DNA of 64,000 bases from Candidatus Deferrimicrobiaceae bacterium (GTDB lineage Bacteria; Desulfobacterota; Deferrimicrobia; Deferrimicrobiales; Deferrimicrobiaceae): positions 43,041-107,040 of the forward strand of contig CAWBVY010000008.1 in the NCBI GenBank assembly GCA_963792415.1, read 5' to 3'. Each line of letters begins with the position of its first letter. Positions within the stretch are counted from its first letter, which is position 1. Shown piece after piece: positions 44,045 through 54,335 of this stretch. Below the pieces are notes generated by a model. That model was not told where the DNA came from. It saw nothing but the letters and a program-made list of their open reading frames with translations, and made no database searches. A program made the translations under genes and the position numbers.

Positions 44045-45516
44045 GAGAGTGGCCCAGGCATCCGGTCATCTACGAGATCAACACGTGGGTGTGGCTGGGC
44101 GACCTGAGCCGGAAATACCGGAGGGTCGTGGATGTCGCCACGGTTCCGGAGCGGGAGTGGGATGCCGTTGCCTCCCATGGGGTTGACGCCGTATGGCTCA
44201 TGGGGGTGTGGGAGCGGAGCCCGGCCGGGATCGAAATTTCCATGCGCAACCAGGGGCTCCTCGAGGATTTCCGGAGAGCCCTCCCCGACGTTTCGGCGGA
44301 GGACAATGTCGGCTCCCCCTACTGCGTGCGCCGCTACGTCGTCGACGAACACCTCGGCGGTCCGCACGGGCTCGCGGCAGCCCGTGACACCCTCGCGAGG
44401 CGCGGCATCCGTCTCATCCTCGATTTCGTGCCGAACCATGTCGCTCCGGACCACCCCTGGGTCGTCGAACATCCGGAATACTTCGTCCAGGGGAGCGCCG
44501 ACGATGCGGGGAACGATCCGGCATCCTTCGTGGAGGCGGGAGGAACGGTGTTCGCCCGCGGCCGGGATCCCTACTTCCCGGCGTGGCCCGACGTGCTCCA
44601 GCTCAACGCCTTCCAGCCGGGGCTCCGGCAGGCGGTGATCGGGACGGTCTCGGAGATCGCCGGACAGTGCGACGGCATCCGGTGCGACATGGCGATGCTC
44701 ATGCTGAACGATGTCTTCGAGCGAACCTGGGGGGCTCGTGCGGGAGCAAAGCCGGGCGACGATTTTTGGACGACGGTCATCCCGGCGGTCAAAGGGAGGC
44801 ATCGGGAGTTCCGGTTCCTGGCCGAGGCGTACTGGGACCTCGAGTGGGAGCTGCAGCAGCAGGGGTTCGACTGGTGCTACGACAAGAAGCTCTACGACCG
44901 GATGGAGCACGGGGACGCCGAGAGCGTGCGCCTGCACCTCCTTGCGGATTCTTCCTACCAGGAGAGAATGGTCCGGTTCCTCGAGAACCACGACGAGCCG
45001 AGGGCGGCCGCCACGTTTCCTTCTCCGAAAGGGCGCGCCGCGGCAGTGGCGATCCTCACGCTTCCGGGGGCGAAGCTGCTGCACGAGGGTCAGTTCGAGG
45101 GAAGGAAGGTGAGATTGCCCGTCTTCCTGGGCCGCCGCCCGGCAGAGCCGGTCGATCCGGACCTCGCGGCCTTCTACGACAATCTTCTGAAGGTGACCAA
45201 TCTCGATGTTTTTCGGAACGGTCAATGGCGCCTCTGCGAGCGGAGCGGCTGGCCCGACAACCAGAGCTGCCGGAATCTCCTGGCCTGGTGCTGGCGCAAG
45301 GACGAAGAGCGCTTCCTCGTCGTCGTGAATTTTTCCGACAGGACCTCGCAGGCGCTCGTCCGTGTGCCGTGGGAGGAACTGGGAGGGAGGACGTGGCGTC
45401 TTACGGATGCCTTCTCGGGAGATGTCTACGGCCGCAGCGGTGACGCGATGAGGGATTCCGGTCTGTACGTCGACCTGAAGCCCTGGGGGTACCACATCTT
45501 CGCCCTGGGCAGCTGA
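44041..45516 (+). CDS. GH13 alpha-amylase-family hydrolase
   Basis: LDFVPNH, GIRCDMA, AEAYW, FLENHDE. Confidence 0.9.
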   Translation: MREWPRHPVIYEINTWVWLGDLSRKYRRVVDVATVPEREWDAVASHGVDAVWLMGVWERSPAGIEISMRNQGLLEDFRRALPDVSAEDNVGSPYCVRRYVVDEHLGGPHGLAAARDTLARRGIRLILDFVPNHVAPDHPWVVEHPEYFVQGSADDAGNDPASFVEAGGTVFARGRDPYFPAWPDVLQLNAFQPGLRQAVIGTVSEIAGQCDGIRCDMAMLMLNDVFERTWGARAGAKPGDDFWTTVIPAVKGRHREFRFLAEAYWDLEWELQQQGFDWCYDKKLYDRMEHGDAESVRLHLLADSSYQERMVRFLENHDEPRAAATFPSPKGRAAAVAILTLPGAKLLHEGQFEGRKVRLPVFLGRRPAEPVDPDLAAFYDNLLKVTNLDVFRNGQWRLCERSGWPDNQSCRNLLAWCWRKDEERFLVVVNFSDRTSQALVRVPWEELGGRTWRLTDAFSGDVYGRSGDAMRDSGLYVDLKPWGYHIFALGS

Positions 45517-45541
45517 TGCACACGAATCAGGAGGTGATCAA

Positions 45542-46591
45542 ATGAAAGCCATCACGGTGGAGCCGAAGAAGCCGGGGACCGCGCGGTACGAAGATGTTCC
45601 GGAGCCGGATCTGCATGAAGGCTCGGTTCTCGTGGAGGCGGTCGCCGTCGGGGTCTGCGGGACCGACGTCGAGATCGCAGAGGGGAAATACGGCTGGGCG
45701 CCGCCGGGAAAGACACGCCTGGTGCTGGGGCACGAATCCCTGGGCCGCGTCCTGGACCCTGGGCCGGCCGGCGGACTCAAGAAGGGCGATCTGGTGGTGG
45801 GCATCGTCCGGCGCCCGGACCCGGTCCCCTGCCCGAACTGCGCCGTGGGCGAGTGGGACATGTGCCGGAACGGACAGTACACCGAGCGCGGCATCAAGCA
45901 GATCGACGGATATATGTCGGAGCGTTGGCGGATCGAGCCCGCATATGCGGTCAAGGTGGACGCTACCCTCGGGATCCTGGGCGTTCTGCTCGAGCCGACG
46001 ACGGTCGTCACCAAGGCGTGGGAGCATACCCTTGCGGTGGGGCGGCGGGCGTTCTGGGAGCCGAAAACCGTGCTCGTGACCGGGGCGGGGCCGATCGGCC
46101 TGCTCGGCGCCCTGCTCGGAAAGCAGCTCGGGCTGGAGGTTCACGTTCTGGACCGGGCCGAGACGGGTCCCAAGCCTGAGCTCGTGCGCGCACTGGGTGC
46201 TACCTACCACACCTGCAGCGTCGCAAAGATCGGATTCGAGCCGGACGTCATATTGGAGTGCACGGGTGTGGGGCAGGTGATCGCCGAGTCGGTGCTCGCC
46301 ATCGGTGCAAGCGGCGTCGTGTGCCTCGCGGGCGTCGGGCATGGCGGCGCCGTGCCGAAGGTCGCCACGGCGGATATCGCGACCACGGCAGTGCTGAAGA
46401 ACAACGTGGTGTTCGGCAGCGTCAACGCCAACAAGCGGCACTGGTACAAGGCCGCGGAGGCGCTGGCTCGCGCGGACCGGAAGTGGCTGAGCCGCCTGAT
46501 CACGCGTCGTGAAAAGCCGGAGAATTTCCGGCAGGCTCTGGACAGGCAGCCCGACGACATCAAGGTCGTCCTCCAGTTTTCGGGGGTGTGA
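45542..46591 (+). CDS. Zn-dependent glucose 1-dehydrogenase (MDR family)
   Basis: GVCGTD, LGHE, VRRPDPVPCPNC..C, GAGPIG, FGSVNAN. Confidence 0.85.
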   Translation: MKAITVEPKKPGTARYEDVPEPDLHEGSVLVEAVAVGVCGTDVEIAEGKYGWAPPGKTRLVLGHESLGRVLDPGPAGGLKKGDLVVGIVRRPDPVPCPNCAVGEWDMCRNGQYTERGIKQIDGYMSERWRIEPAYAVKVDATLGILGVLLEPTTVVTKAWEHTLAVGRRAFWEPKTVLVTGAGPIGLLGALLGKQLGLEVHVLDRAETGPKPELVRALGATYHTCSVAKIGFEPDVILECTGVGQVIAESVLAIGASGVVCLAGVGHGGAVPKVATADIATTAVLKNNVVFGSVNANKRHWYKAAEALARADRKWLSRLITRREKPENFRQALDRQPDDIKVVLQFSGV

Positions 46592-46623
46592 TCGCAACGC
46601 GCCGATCCCGGGGAGGTTTGCAC

Positions 46624-48405
46624 ATGGCCCTGAGAATCGAAGACTATGCGATGATCGGCGACACGGAGTCGGGGGCGCTCGTCGGCAAGAACGGCTCCAT
46701 CGACTGGTTGTGCGCCCCGCGGTTCGACTCGCCGGCGTTCTTCGCCGCGCTCCTCGGCACCGAAGCCAACGGCCACTGGCAGGTCGCGCCGGCGGGGGAG
46801 GTGCGCAGCGTCCGGCGGCGCTACCGCCAGGGCACCGTCGTTCTCGAGACCGACTTCGAGACGGTTGACGGCGAGGTCCGTCTGGTGGATTGCATGCCGC
46901 CGCAAAACGGACACACCGATCTTGTTCGAGTGGTCGAGGGCATTCGTGGGCGCGTCGCGATGCGGATGCGCTTCGCGCCCCGGTTCGATTACGGGCGGCT
47001 CATCCCGGCCCTTGCGCGCATCGACCAGGGCGCATTCGCCGTCGCGGGGCCGGACGCGGTATGCCTGCGCACCCCCGTGGACCTGCGGGAGGGCGGGGCG
47101 GCGACCTCGGCGGCGTTCACCGTCTCCGCCGGCGAACGGGTGCCTTTTCACCTCGTCTGGTATCCCTCCCACCTCCCCCCCCCGGAGCCGGCCGATCCGT
47201 TCGAGATGGTGGCGCGCACGGAGGCCTGGTGGCGGGAATGGTCCGGGCGCTGCCGGTACGAGGGGCCGTACCGGGACGACGTGGTTCGGTCGCTGATCAC
47301 GCTGAAGGCGCTCACGTATGCGCCGACGGGCGCGATCGTGGCGGCACTCACGACGTCGCTGCCGGAAGAGATCGGCGGGGAACGGAACTGGGACTACCGG
47401 TACTGCTGGCTGCGCGACGGCGCCTTCACCCTCGCCCCGCTCGTCCGGATGGGCTACCTGGACGAGGCCGTGGCGTGGCGGGACTGGCTCTTTCGCTCCA
47501 TCGCCGGCGACCCCGGCCAGATGCAGCTCATGTACGGCATCGGGGGCGAGCACCGGCTGCCCGAATTCGAGCTGCCCTGGTTGTCGGGGTACGAGGACTC
47601 CAGGCCGGTCCGCATCGGCAACGCCGCCAGCGATCAGTTCCAGCTCGACATCTTCGGCGAAGTCCTCGCGGTCGGTTATAGAGCATGGCAGGCCGGTCTC
47701 CAGGAACGCGATTTCACTCGAACGCCGGGAATCGACCTCCCGGCGATGATCGACGTCGTGGAGCGTCGCTGGCGCGAGCCGGACGAGGGGATCTGGGAAG
47801 TCCGCGGGGAGCGGAAGCACTTCACCTATTCCAAGGTCTCGGCATGGGCCGCCCTCGAGAGCGCGATCCAGCTGGCGGAGGGGACCGGCCGCGCGGCGCC
47901 GCTTGAGCATTGGCGCCGGGTGCGCGACGAGATCCACGCCGATGTGTGCGCGCATGGTTTCGACACGACACGCAACTCGTTCGTGCAGCATTACGGGGGA
48001 ACGGGATTGGATGCCAGCCTTCTGCTCATCCCCATCTTCGGCTTCCTCCCGCCACGGGATCCCCGGGTGCTGTCCACGATCGATGCGATCCAGCGGGAGA
48101 TCAGTTCCGGCCCGTTCGTCTGGCGGTACTCTACCGACGATGGGTTAGACGGGTTGGCCGGCAGCGAGGGGGCGTTCCTCATCTGCTCGTTCTGGCTGGT
48201 CAGCGCTCTGGCGCTCGCGGGACGCGTCGAGGAGGCGGAGCGCAACCTCGAGCAGCTGCGGGCGCTTCAAAATGACGTCGGCCTGTTCAGCGAGGAATAC
48301 GACCCCGGCGCCCGGCGCCTGCTGGGCAACTTCCCCCAGGCGTTCTCGCATATCGGGCTGCTGCATTCGATCCTCACGATCGCGGAAGCAAAGGCCGGAC
48401 GGTAG
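46624..48405 (+). CDS. GH15 glucoamylase/trehalase-like hydrolase
   Basis: IEDYAMIGD, TTSLPE, RNWDYRYCWLRD, GIWEVR, LGNFPQAFSH. Confidence 0.92.
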   Translation: MALRIEDYAMIGDTESGALVGKNGSIDWLCAPRFDSPAFFAALLGTEANGHWQVAPAGEVRSVRRRYRQGTVVLETDFETVDGEVRLVDCMPPQNGHTDLVRVVEGIRGRVAMRMRFAPRFDYGRLIPALARIDQGAFAVAGPDAVCLRTPVDLREGGAATSAAFTVSAGERVPFHLVWYPSHLPPPEPADPFEMVARTEAWWREWSGRCRYEGPYRDDVVRSLITLKALTYAPTGAIVAALTTSLPEEIGGERNWDYRYCWLRDGAFTLAPLVRMGYLDEAVAWRDWLFRSIAGDPGQMQLMYGIGGEHRLPEFELPWLSGYEDSRPVRIGNAASDQFQLDIFGEVLAVGYRAWQAGLQERDFTRTPGIDLPAMIDVVERRWREPDEGIWEVRGERKHFTYSKVSAWAALESAIQLAEGTGRAAPLEHWRRVRDEIHADVCAHGFDTTRNSFVQHYGGTGLDASLLLIPIFGFLPPRDPRVLSTIDAIQREISSGPFVWRYSTDDGLDGLAGSEGAFLICSFWLVSALALAGRVEEAERNLEQLRALQNDVGLFSEEYDPGARRLLGNFPQAFSHIGLLHSILTIAEAKAGR

Positions 48406-48446
48406 CGGAGCGTCTCGAAATTGTCTGACGATCCACTGGTTCTCGC

Positions 48447-49229
48447 ATGATGAAACAGAAGAACGGTCAAATCACCCCCTGGCAGCTGTTCGTGTCCGAG
48501 TTGATCGGCACGGCGTTGCTGGTTCTGGTCGGTCTTTCGCTGGTCATCCTGATGTTCGGGGCCGGCAGCCCGGTCGCACGGGTCGTGCCGGGTGAAGGGA
48601 CGCGCCGGCTGATCACCGGTTTCCTGTTCGGCACCACGGGCGCGCTCATCGCGCTGTCCCCTGTCGGGAAGGAAAGCGGAGCCCATATCAATCCGGTCGT
48701 CACCCTGGGCTTCTGGCTGATGGGAAAACTCGACTTGCCGACCACCCTTGGATATATTGGGGCTCAGTTGATCGGTGCGGTCATCGGGTCGCTGCCTCTT
48801 CTTTTGTGGGGAGCGATGGGGAAAAGCGTGGCATTCGGAGCGACCTTGCCGGGTCCCGGCTTCACTCTCACGACGGTTTTCCTGGGCGAAGTGGTCACGA
48901 CTTTTGCGATGGTCTCCCTGCTCGCCGTCTTTCTGGGTTTCCGGAAGATCCGTCCCTTCACCCCGGCGATCTTCCCCCCCCTCTACGGAATCATGGTGTG
49001 GGCCGAGGCTCCGATATCGGGCACCAGCACGAATCCCGCCCGCAGCTTCGGTCCGGCGATCGTGTCCGGACAATGGCACGGCTGGTGGATTTACTGGGCG
49101 GGCCCGCTGGCCGGCATGTTCCTGGCGATCCTCGTCTTCAGTTTCCTGGCGGAGCGGATCGAGGTGGCGAAGTTGTATCATTTCGAGAGCGACCGTCGCC
49201 GGTTTTTCCGGAAGTCGAATACTTCATAG
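48447..49229 (+). CDS. MIP/aquaporin family channel
   Basis: SGAHINPVVT and TNPARSFGP motifs, six hydrophobic helices. Confidence 0.9.
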   Translation: MMKQKNGQITPWQLFVSELIGTALLVLVGLSLVILMFGAGSPVARVVPGEGTRRLITGFLFGTTGALIALSPVGKESGAHINPVVTLGFWLMGKLDLPTTLGYIGAQLIGAVIGSLPLLLWGAMGKSVAFGATLPGPGFTLTTVFLGEVVTTFAMVSLLAVFLGFRKIRPFTPAIFPPLYGIMVWAEAPISGTSTNPARSFGPAIVSGQWHGWWIYWAGPLAGMFLAILVFSFLAERIEVAKLYHFESDRRRFFRKSNTS

Positions 49230-49256
49230 GCCCACAAGAGGAAAGGGGAAAAGGTC

Positions 49257-49748
49257 ATGAACAGGATCATCCGTTATTTCGCAGGGGTTTTATCGGTTCT
49301 CGCTTTCGCTTCCTGCGCATCCATGCCTGTCGCCCCGATGGAAGAGCGATCCATGCAGAAGGTTCACGACGTGGACCTCACGAAAAACGAGATATATGAC
49401 GTTTCGCTGGAATGGATGGCTCGGACATTCTTCGATAACAGGGAAGTAATCGAGATAACGGACAAGGAGAACGGAAAGATCATAGCGAAAGGAATGATCC
49501 TATTTAAAGGGAAAATCGGTTGGTTTTCCGGAGACATGCCTTGCAGGTTCACTTTGACGGTAGAAGCGAAGGACAATAAATACAGGACGACGTACAATAA
49601 CTTTGTCGCTTTGCATGGCGAGAGTCAAAATCGGCCGGTGCCTCTTGAGGAAAAGGAATACGTTGATGCCGTTAAAGCGAAATTAGCCGTAATCGATGAG
49701 GACTTGTACGCTTACCTGAAAAAATACAAATCGAATACGGATTGGTAA
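49257..49748 (+). CDS. Lipoprotein of unknown function (DUF4468-like)
   Basis: FASC lipobox; DKENGKIIAKG, EAKDNKYR; visibly AT-richer than flanks. Confidence 0.6.
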   Translation: MNRIIRYFAGVLSVLAFASCASMPVAPMEERSMQKVHDVDLTKNEIYDVSLEWMARTFFDNREVIEITDKENGKIIAKGMILFKGKIGWFSGDMPCRFTLTVEAKDNKYRTTYNNFVALHGESQNRPVPLEEKEYVDAVKAKLAVIDEDLYAYLKKYKSNTDW

Positions 49749-49766
49749 TATGGGGGAAGGGTAAAG

Positions 49767-49802
49767 AAAGAAAAGGGGCCACCGGTAAAACGGTGACCCC
49801 TT
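49767..49802 (-). terminator. Terminator between convergent genes
   Basis: GGGGCCACCG-GTAAAA-CGGTGACCCC with A-tract on the left (T-tract on the minus strand). Confidence 0.6.
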
Positions 49803-49833
49803 CCTTCCATGCCGAACAAAGTGCCGCCCGTGC

Positions 49834-50538
49834 CTATTGCGCCTTCTTCAGTTCTTCTTTCAGCGGGGCAGCCCCCTTGTTGCCGACCGATCTCTTGACG
49901 GTGATGTCCACGGGAGTGGCCGCTTCGCCGTAGTAGGATTTGTTGAGGCTTTCCCGGACGGAGAGGTACGATCCATCCAGATTCAGCCCTGCGTATAACC
50001 CTTTCGACTTCGCGAAGGAAATGAAATCGGCGGTGACGTTCGCCTTCGCCCCGGCGCCTACCGGCCCGAGAGCGATCGAGGTGTCTCCACCCAGCTTGAA
50101 TTTCGAGGTGAGCAGGGAATCGACGCCTTTCTGGCTCATCACCAGCAGGACCACTTCCGCCGCTTCCCCGCCGATCTGCAGACCGAAACTCACCGAACCC
50201 AACGTGTAGAACGCGGGGTCGCTCCACGCCCCCGTCTTGCCGTCTCTCACCAGGAGGACGCCGGTGCCGCCCGAGCCGCCGAGGATGAACCCCGCCTTGA
50301 GCACCGACGGATAGATCAGCACGCCTTTCGCCTTCTTGATGTTCTCGCGCAACCAGTCGTAGTCCTTGTCCCGCATGAAGGAACTGAGGGTGACGCGCGC
50401 GTTGTCGACGATCCCCTGTGCGTCCTCCTTGTCGGCCGCCATCGCTCCCGGCGCTGCGACGATGAGGAGCATTGCCGCGAGGATCGTTGCGAGTGCAACT
50501 GCCAGGATTCCGGCCCTGCCTGTCCGCCTTGGTGTCAT
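49834..50538 (-). CDS. SYLF/YSC84 lipid-binding domain protein
   Basis: KAKGVLIYP..KAGFILGGSGG.G, SFGLQIG, SKGLYAG. Confidence 0.88.
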   Translation of the reverse strand: MTPRRTGRAGILAVALATILAAMLLIVAAPGAMAADKEDAQGIVDNARVTLSSFMRDKDYDWLRENIKKAKGVLIYPSVLKAGFILGGSGGTGVLLVRDGKTGAWSDPAFYTLGSVSFGLQIGGEAAEVVLLVMSQKGVDSLLTSKFKLGGDTSIALGPVGAGAKANVTADFISFAKSKGLYAGLNLDGSYLSVRESLNKSYYGEAATPVDITVKRSVGNKGAAPLKEELKKAQ

Positions 50539-50811
50539 TTTCGTGCCCTCCTCACGCGGATTTGATTGGACGTGCGATCATTATATAATCGGGATATATT
50601 TTAGCGTAGAGGGAATATAGGAACGCAAACACCGTGCAAACAAACGGCCACACGTTCCGGATTCGCCGAGGCGACCACTTTATTTGGCGGAAGGGAAGGG
50701 GCGGTGGAATATTTCTTTGCCCCATAATGGGATTTCGATATGCTTTCGTCATCGTAACCGACAAGGTGAATTATGAAGTTGTCCTATCCTCGTTCGGAAG
50801 GGGGGTTCCCG

Positions 50812-51267
50812 ATGCGTGTATTCAAAGGAAAAGAACGGTGGGCAGTGATAGCGACGGTGCTTTTGTCAGTCACGATCATGGCGGGCTGCGCACCGACTTT
50901 CAAGTATTCCTTCGACAAGAAGACCGGATTCGCGGATCTGAAGAGTTATACATGGGCTCCGTCATCCTCTTTGGACCGCCTGGTCGAAACGAATGTCCAG
51001 GATATTTCGGATCAGCTCCTCGCACAGAAAGGCTTCAGGAAGGTGTCCGAGAAGGCCGACCTGGTGATAAAGATGGGATACGATTCCTACTACGGATATC
51101 AGAACCGCTATGAACTCCAGGGGCTGAACTTGTTCATCTACAAAGCCGAGAGTATGGAGTTGGTCTGGCGGGGGACGGCATTCGGTACCATCGACACCGA
51201 TGCGGCTTCGGGCGACTTGAAGCAGGCAGTGCAGGGAATTCTTTCGAATTTTCCGCCAAAGGAATAG
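50812..51267 (+). CDS. DUF4136-like lipoprotein
   Basis: MAGC lipobox, KSYTW, LVWRG, ILSNFPP. Confidence 0.7.
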   Translation: MRVFKGKERWAVIATVLLSVTIMAGCAPTFKYSFDKKTGFADLKSYTWAPSSSLDRLVETNVQDISDQLLAQKGFRKVSEKADLVIKMGYDSYYGYQNRYELQGLNLFIYKAESMELVWRGTAFGTIDTDAASGDLKQAVQGILSNFPPKE

Positions 51268-51328
51268 TTGCCGATAACTGTTTGATACTGAAGATGATTC
51301 TTTCTGAGGTCGCCTTCTCTCCATCGGG

Positions 51329-51360
51329 AGGTTGAAGGTTCGGGCCCTTCATGGCCACCA
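51329..51360 (+). other. tRNA 3'-end remnant (T-arm, acceptor 3' strand, CCA); possible att site
   Basis: GAAGG-TTCGGGC-CCTTC-ATGGCC-A-CCA; no D-arm or anticodon arm upstream. Confidence 0.6.
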
Positions 51361-51368
51361 GTAAAATC

Positions 51369-51403
51369 AAGGGGTTACGGCAATCGCCGTGGCCCCTTTT
51401 TTT
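51369..51403 (+). terminator. Rho-independent terminator after the tRNA remnant
   Basis: GGGGTTACGGC-AATC-GCCGTGGCCCC followed by TTTTTTT. Confidence 0.75.
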
Positions 51404-51587
51404 GGGGGGGGGGTGAAAATCCGTCCGTTGGGCGTCAGCCGGTACCGGCTGGCGAAGGAAATCTGCGTCCCCGCGCCGTCGCCGGCGGATCGAAGGCCGT
51501 TGGGGCCGCAAATGACTGGAAATATAATGGATTTTAATATAATGTGAATGGCATGGCCGCAAGGGCGAGAGAGGAAATGCAAACCCG

Positions 51588-52565
51588 TTGAATCGATCCG
51601 CCTCCATCGACCCGGCGGTGTGGGCACGGAACGCGCTTGCAGCGGCGCTTGCGTTCGGGCTGCTGCTGGCCGCTTCGCCGGCGGCGTGCCTCGATTCCAC
51701 GGTGATCGGAATCAGCCTCCAGGAGCGTGTGAACGGCGCTCTGGCGATGATGCAGTACTCCATTTCCCCCGACGTGACCAGCTCTTCCCTTTCGATCAGT
51801 TCCGGGGAAGGAGGCACCAACGGGATGTTCATAACGCAGTTCGGCGGCGGTTTCACCTGGAGCAAGTCGCTCCCGCTCTATCTGGAAGGGAACGCCGCGT
51901 TCAGCCGCTACGACCCCGTGTTCATCGCTAGCGACGGTACCCTGCAGCGACCGGTGCCGGTGCAATGGAACAGCATGGTGGGTACTGCAGGCGTCGGTTG
52001 GGATTTCCGGATCGGGAAGGAGCTCGTTCTGCGTCCTATCGGCAACTTCTCGCTCGGGCGCGTGACGAGCGATCTTCGCATCGCCGGGCGCGTTATCGAG
52101 GGCGAGACAGGCCGGGAGATCGAATTCCTGAGGCACGGTCAACTCAACGCGGTGGGCTACGGCGGATCGTTGATGCTCGACTACGAACATTATCGCGAGG
52201 CGCACGATATCGACGTTGAGGTCCGGTTGACGAACGTCTGGCTGCAGAGCTACGGCGGCACGTCGGAGGCGGTGCAGGGGTTGGCGCTGGCGGAGAGCCT
52301 GGGGATATGGACCCGATGGCGCGCCCCCACCGGGCTTCGGTCGCTGGACCGCCCGGTCCGGTACGTCCTGGAGTACGCCTTCACGCGCTATTTCGGGCCG
52401 GACGGGGACATGCTGGGCTTCAATAACCTGAACTCCGTCGGCGCCGGCCTCGAACTCGATGCCAGCGCGCTGGAGAGGTGGGCCACGCGGTGGCGCCTGA
52501 TCGGCCGGTATCGGTTCGGGCAGAACGTGAGCGGGTGGGGTGTCAGTCTAGGGATCAGCTTCTAG
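51588..52565 (+). CDS. Solitary autotransporter-like outer-membrane beta-barrel protein
   Basis: Signal peptide, beta-strand pattern, C-terminal VSLGISF, no passenger domain. Confidence 0.65.
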   Translation: MNRSASIDPAVWARNALAAALAFGLLLAASPAACLDSTVIGISLQERVNGALAMMQYSISPDVTSSSLSISSGEGGTNGMFITQFGGGFTWSKSLPLYLEGNAAFSRYDPVFIASDGTLQRPVPVQWNSMVGTAGVGWDFRIGKELVLRPIGNFSLGRVTSDLRIAGRVIEGETGREIEFLRHGQLNAVGYGGSLMLDYEHYREAHDIDVEVRLTNVWLQSYGGTSEAVQGLALAESLGIWTRWRAPTGLRSLDRPVRYVLEYAFTRYFGPDGDMLGFNNLNSVGAGLELDASALERWATRWRLIGRYRFGQNVSGWGVSLGISF

Positions 52566-53583
52566 CATCGCTCCGAAACAGTTTTCCGACAGGGGATTCC
52601 ATCGCTCGTCGCGGCAGACGGGAATCATGCCGCGGCTCCGGAGCAACCGGTTCGGCGATGCCGAAAAACACCAGGGCAAGCAGGGTAAGAACGCTGACGG
52701 ACAGCCATAGGGTAACGCCCTGCAACAGGGGCCGCACTCCGACATACCTCAGCACCTCCCTGCTCAATCCTGCGCCGATCAGAAACAGCGTCACCACCAG
52801 GCACTGTTTCGCGACGGTCGCCAGTCCATCCCAGAAAGCTCCATGCTGCGGCAGCACGGTTCTTATCGCGGCGGCCAGGACGAATCCGATGATGAACAGA
52901 GGTACTTTGGCTCTCGTTTCCGATTTCTTGAGCAGTGCCGCCCCGAGGACGATGGGTGTGATCCAGATGGCCCTCGTAAGCTTTACCGTCGTTCCCGTGC
53001 TCAACGCCTGGGCGCCATAGGCGGACGCCGCACCGACGACGCTGCTCGTGTCGTGGATGGCAAGGCCTGCCCAATACCCGAAAATGCCCTGGTTGAGCTG
53101 CAACAGGTGCCCTATCAACGGGAAGAGCAGCAACGCCACCGAGTTCAAGGTGAAAACGATCGCCAGCGATACGGCGGTCTCGTCGTTCTTCGCCTTCAGG
53201 ACCGGTGCCATGGCGGCGATGGCGCTGCCTCCGCAGATGGCGGTACCAAACGAAATGAGCGCCGACGTATTCTTTTCCGTCTTGAACAGCCTGCCGAGGA
53301 AATACCCCAGGATCAGCGTGCAGCCGATGCCGATGATGCTGTAGACGATCGTATGCTTCCCGGTGCGGATCACCTCGCCGAGGCCAAGGCCGAATCCCAG
53401 CCCGACGACCGAGAGCTGAAGAAGGAAACGGCTGAATTGCGCGGAATTTTGGGGCCAGGGGTTCCCGAGAAGAAGGCTGAAGGAGATCCCCATGACCAGC
53501 GCCATCGCAGTACCGACCCACGGCGTGGCGCAGAACGCCAGGAGCGCGATGAAAAAGATCTTGCGGTACCTGCCGCTGTCCAT
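52555..53583 (-). CDS. YeiH/UPF0324 putative sulfate exporter
   Basis: GTAICGGSAIAA, AIHDTSSVVGA, VKLTR. Confidence 0.9.
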   Translation of the reverse strand: MDSGRYRKIFFIALLAFCATPWVGTAMALVMGISFSLLLGNPWPQNSAQFSRFLLQLSVVGLGFGLGLGEVIRTGKHTIVYSIIGIGCTLILGYFLGRLFKTEKNTSALISFGTAICGGSAIAAMAPVLKAKNDETAVSLAIVFTLNSVALLLFPLIGHLLQLNQGIFGYWAGLAIHDTSSVVGAASAYGAQALSTGTTVKLTRAIWITPIVLGAALLKKSETRAKVPLFIIGFVLAAAIRTVLPQHGAFWDGLATVAKQCLVVTLFLIGAGLSREVLRYVGVRPLLQGVTLWLSVSVLTLLALVFFGIAEPVAPEPRHDSRLPRRAMESPVGKLFRSDARS

Positions 53584-54263
53584 CAGGACTTCCGCTTCCT
53601 GTAGGCACTGACGACGATGGCGACGACGGAAACGAGGTAGAGTTGCCCGACGACGGCCTCGGTGACCGCGATCATCCGCCCTGGTCCGAGTGCCGGGGAG
53701 AGATCACCGTACCCGACGGTGGTGAGCGTGACGAAGCTGAAATACAGGTAATTCAACTTTCCGTCCGCCCCGGCCTGGGCGAAGAATGGGCTCGTCGATA
53801 AGGTTGCAACGACATCGTAGATGAAGGCGAAATAAGCGCCGATGAACAGATAGGCGCATAGGGCCCCCAGGACGACTTCCAGGTCCACCCCCTCTTCCCC
53901 GAACTCTTTTCCGATCCTTCGAAGGATCGCGACGGGGACCAGCAACATCAATAAACTCCATGCGAGCAGGACGAGGATCTCCAACCCGCCGTGGTACATC
54001 CGGGCAGGAACGGATGCCGCGCCCACGATCAAGGCCAGCGCCACCGTCGCCAGGAAATATCTCCGCCCGACCCCGGAAATGTGGAGCGCCAGTGCGAAAA
54101 TGCCGACCTTCAAAATGATTCCGGCTCCCCATATCAGCCGATGGCTGTCTTCGAACCCGGAAACGACCAGGAAGCACAGGATCATGCAGAGGAGCCACGC
54201 ATACCCCGGCCGGATCCGTCCCTCCGATCCGGAAAAAACCAGGTGGGGCTGTCGTTCGGCCAT
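53583..54263 (-). CDS. Potassium channel family protein
   Basis: YFSFVTLTTVGYGD selectivity filter. Confidence 0.85.
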   Translation of the reverse strand: MAERQPHLVFSGSEGRIRPGYAWLLCMILCFLVVSGFEDSHRLIWGAGIILKVGIFALALHISGVGRRYFLATVALALIVGAASVPARMYHGGLEILVLLAWSLLMLLVPVAILRRIGKEFGEEGVDLEVVLGALCAYLFIGAYFAFIYDVVATLSTSPFFAQAGADGKLNYLYFSFVTLTTVGYGDLSPALGPGRMIAVTEAVVGQLYLVSVVAIVVSAYRKRKS

Positions 54264-54335
54264 GGGGTCTCCGGCGGGAACTTTTCTGTCGGCAGTATAT
54301 AATTTACGGGAACGAATCACTATCCGGAGGTCCTC

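Noticed and set aside
51290-51360. Intact tRNA gene
   Set aside because: No D-arm, anticodon arm or 5' acceptor strand; reported as a remnant only
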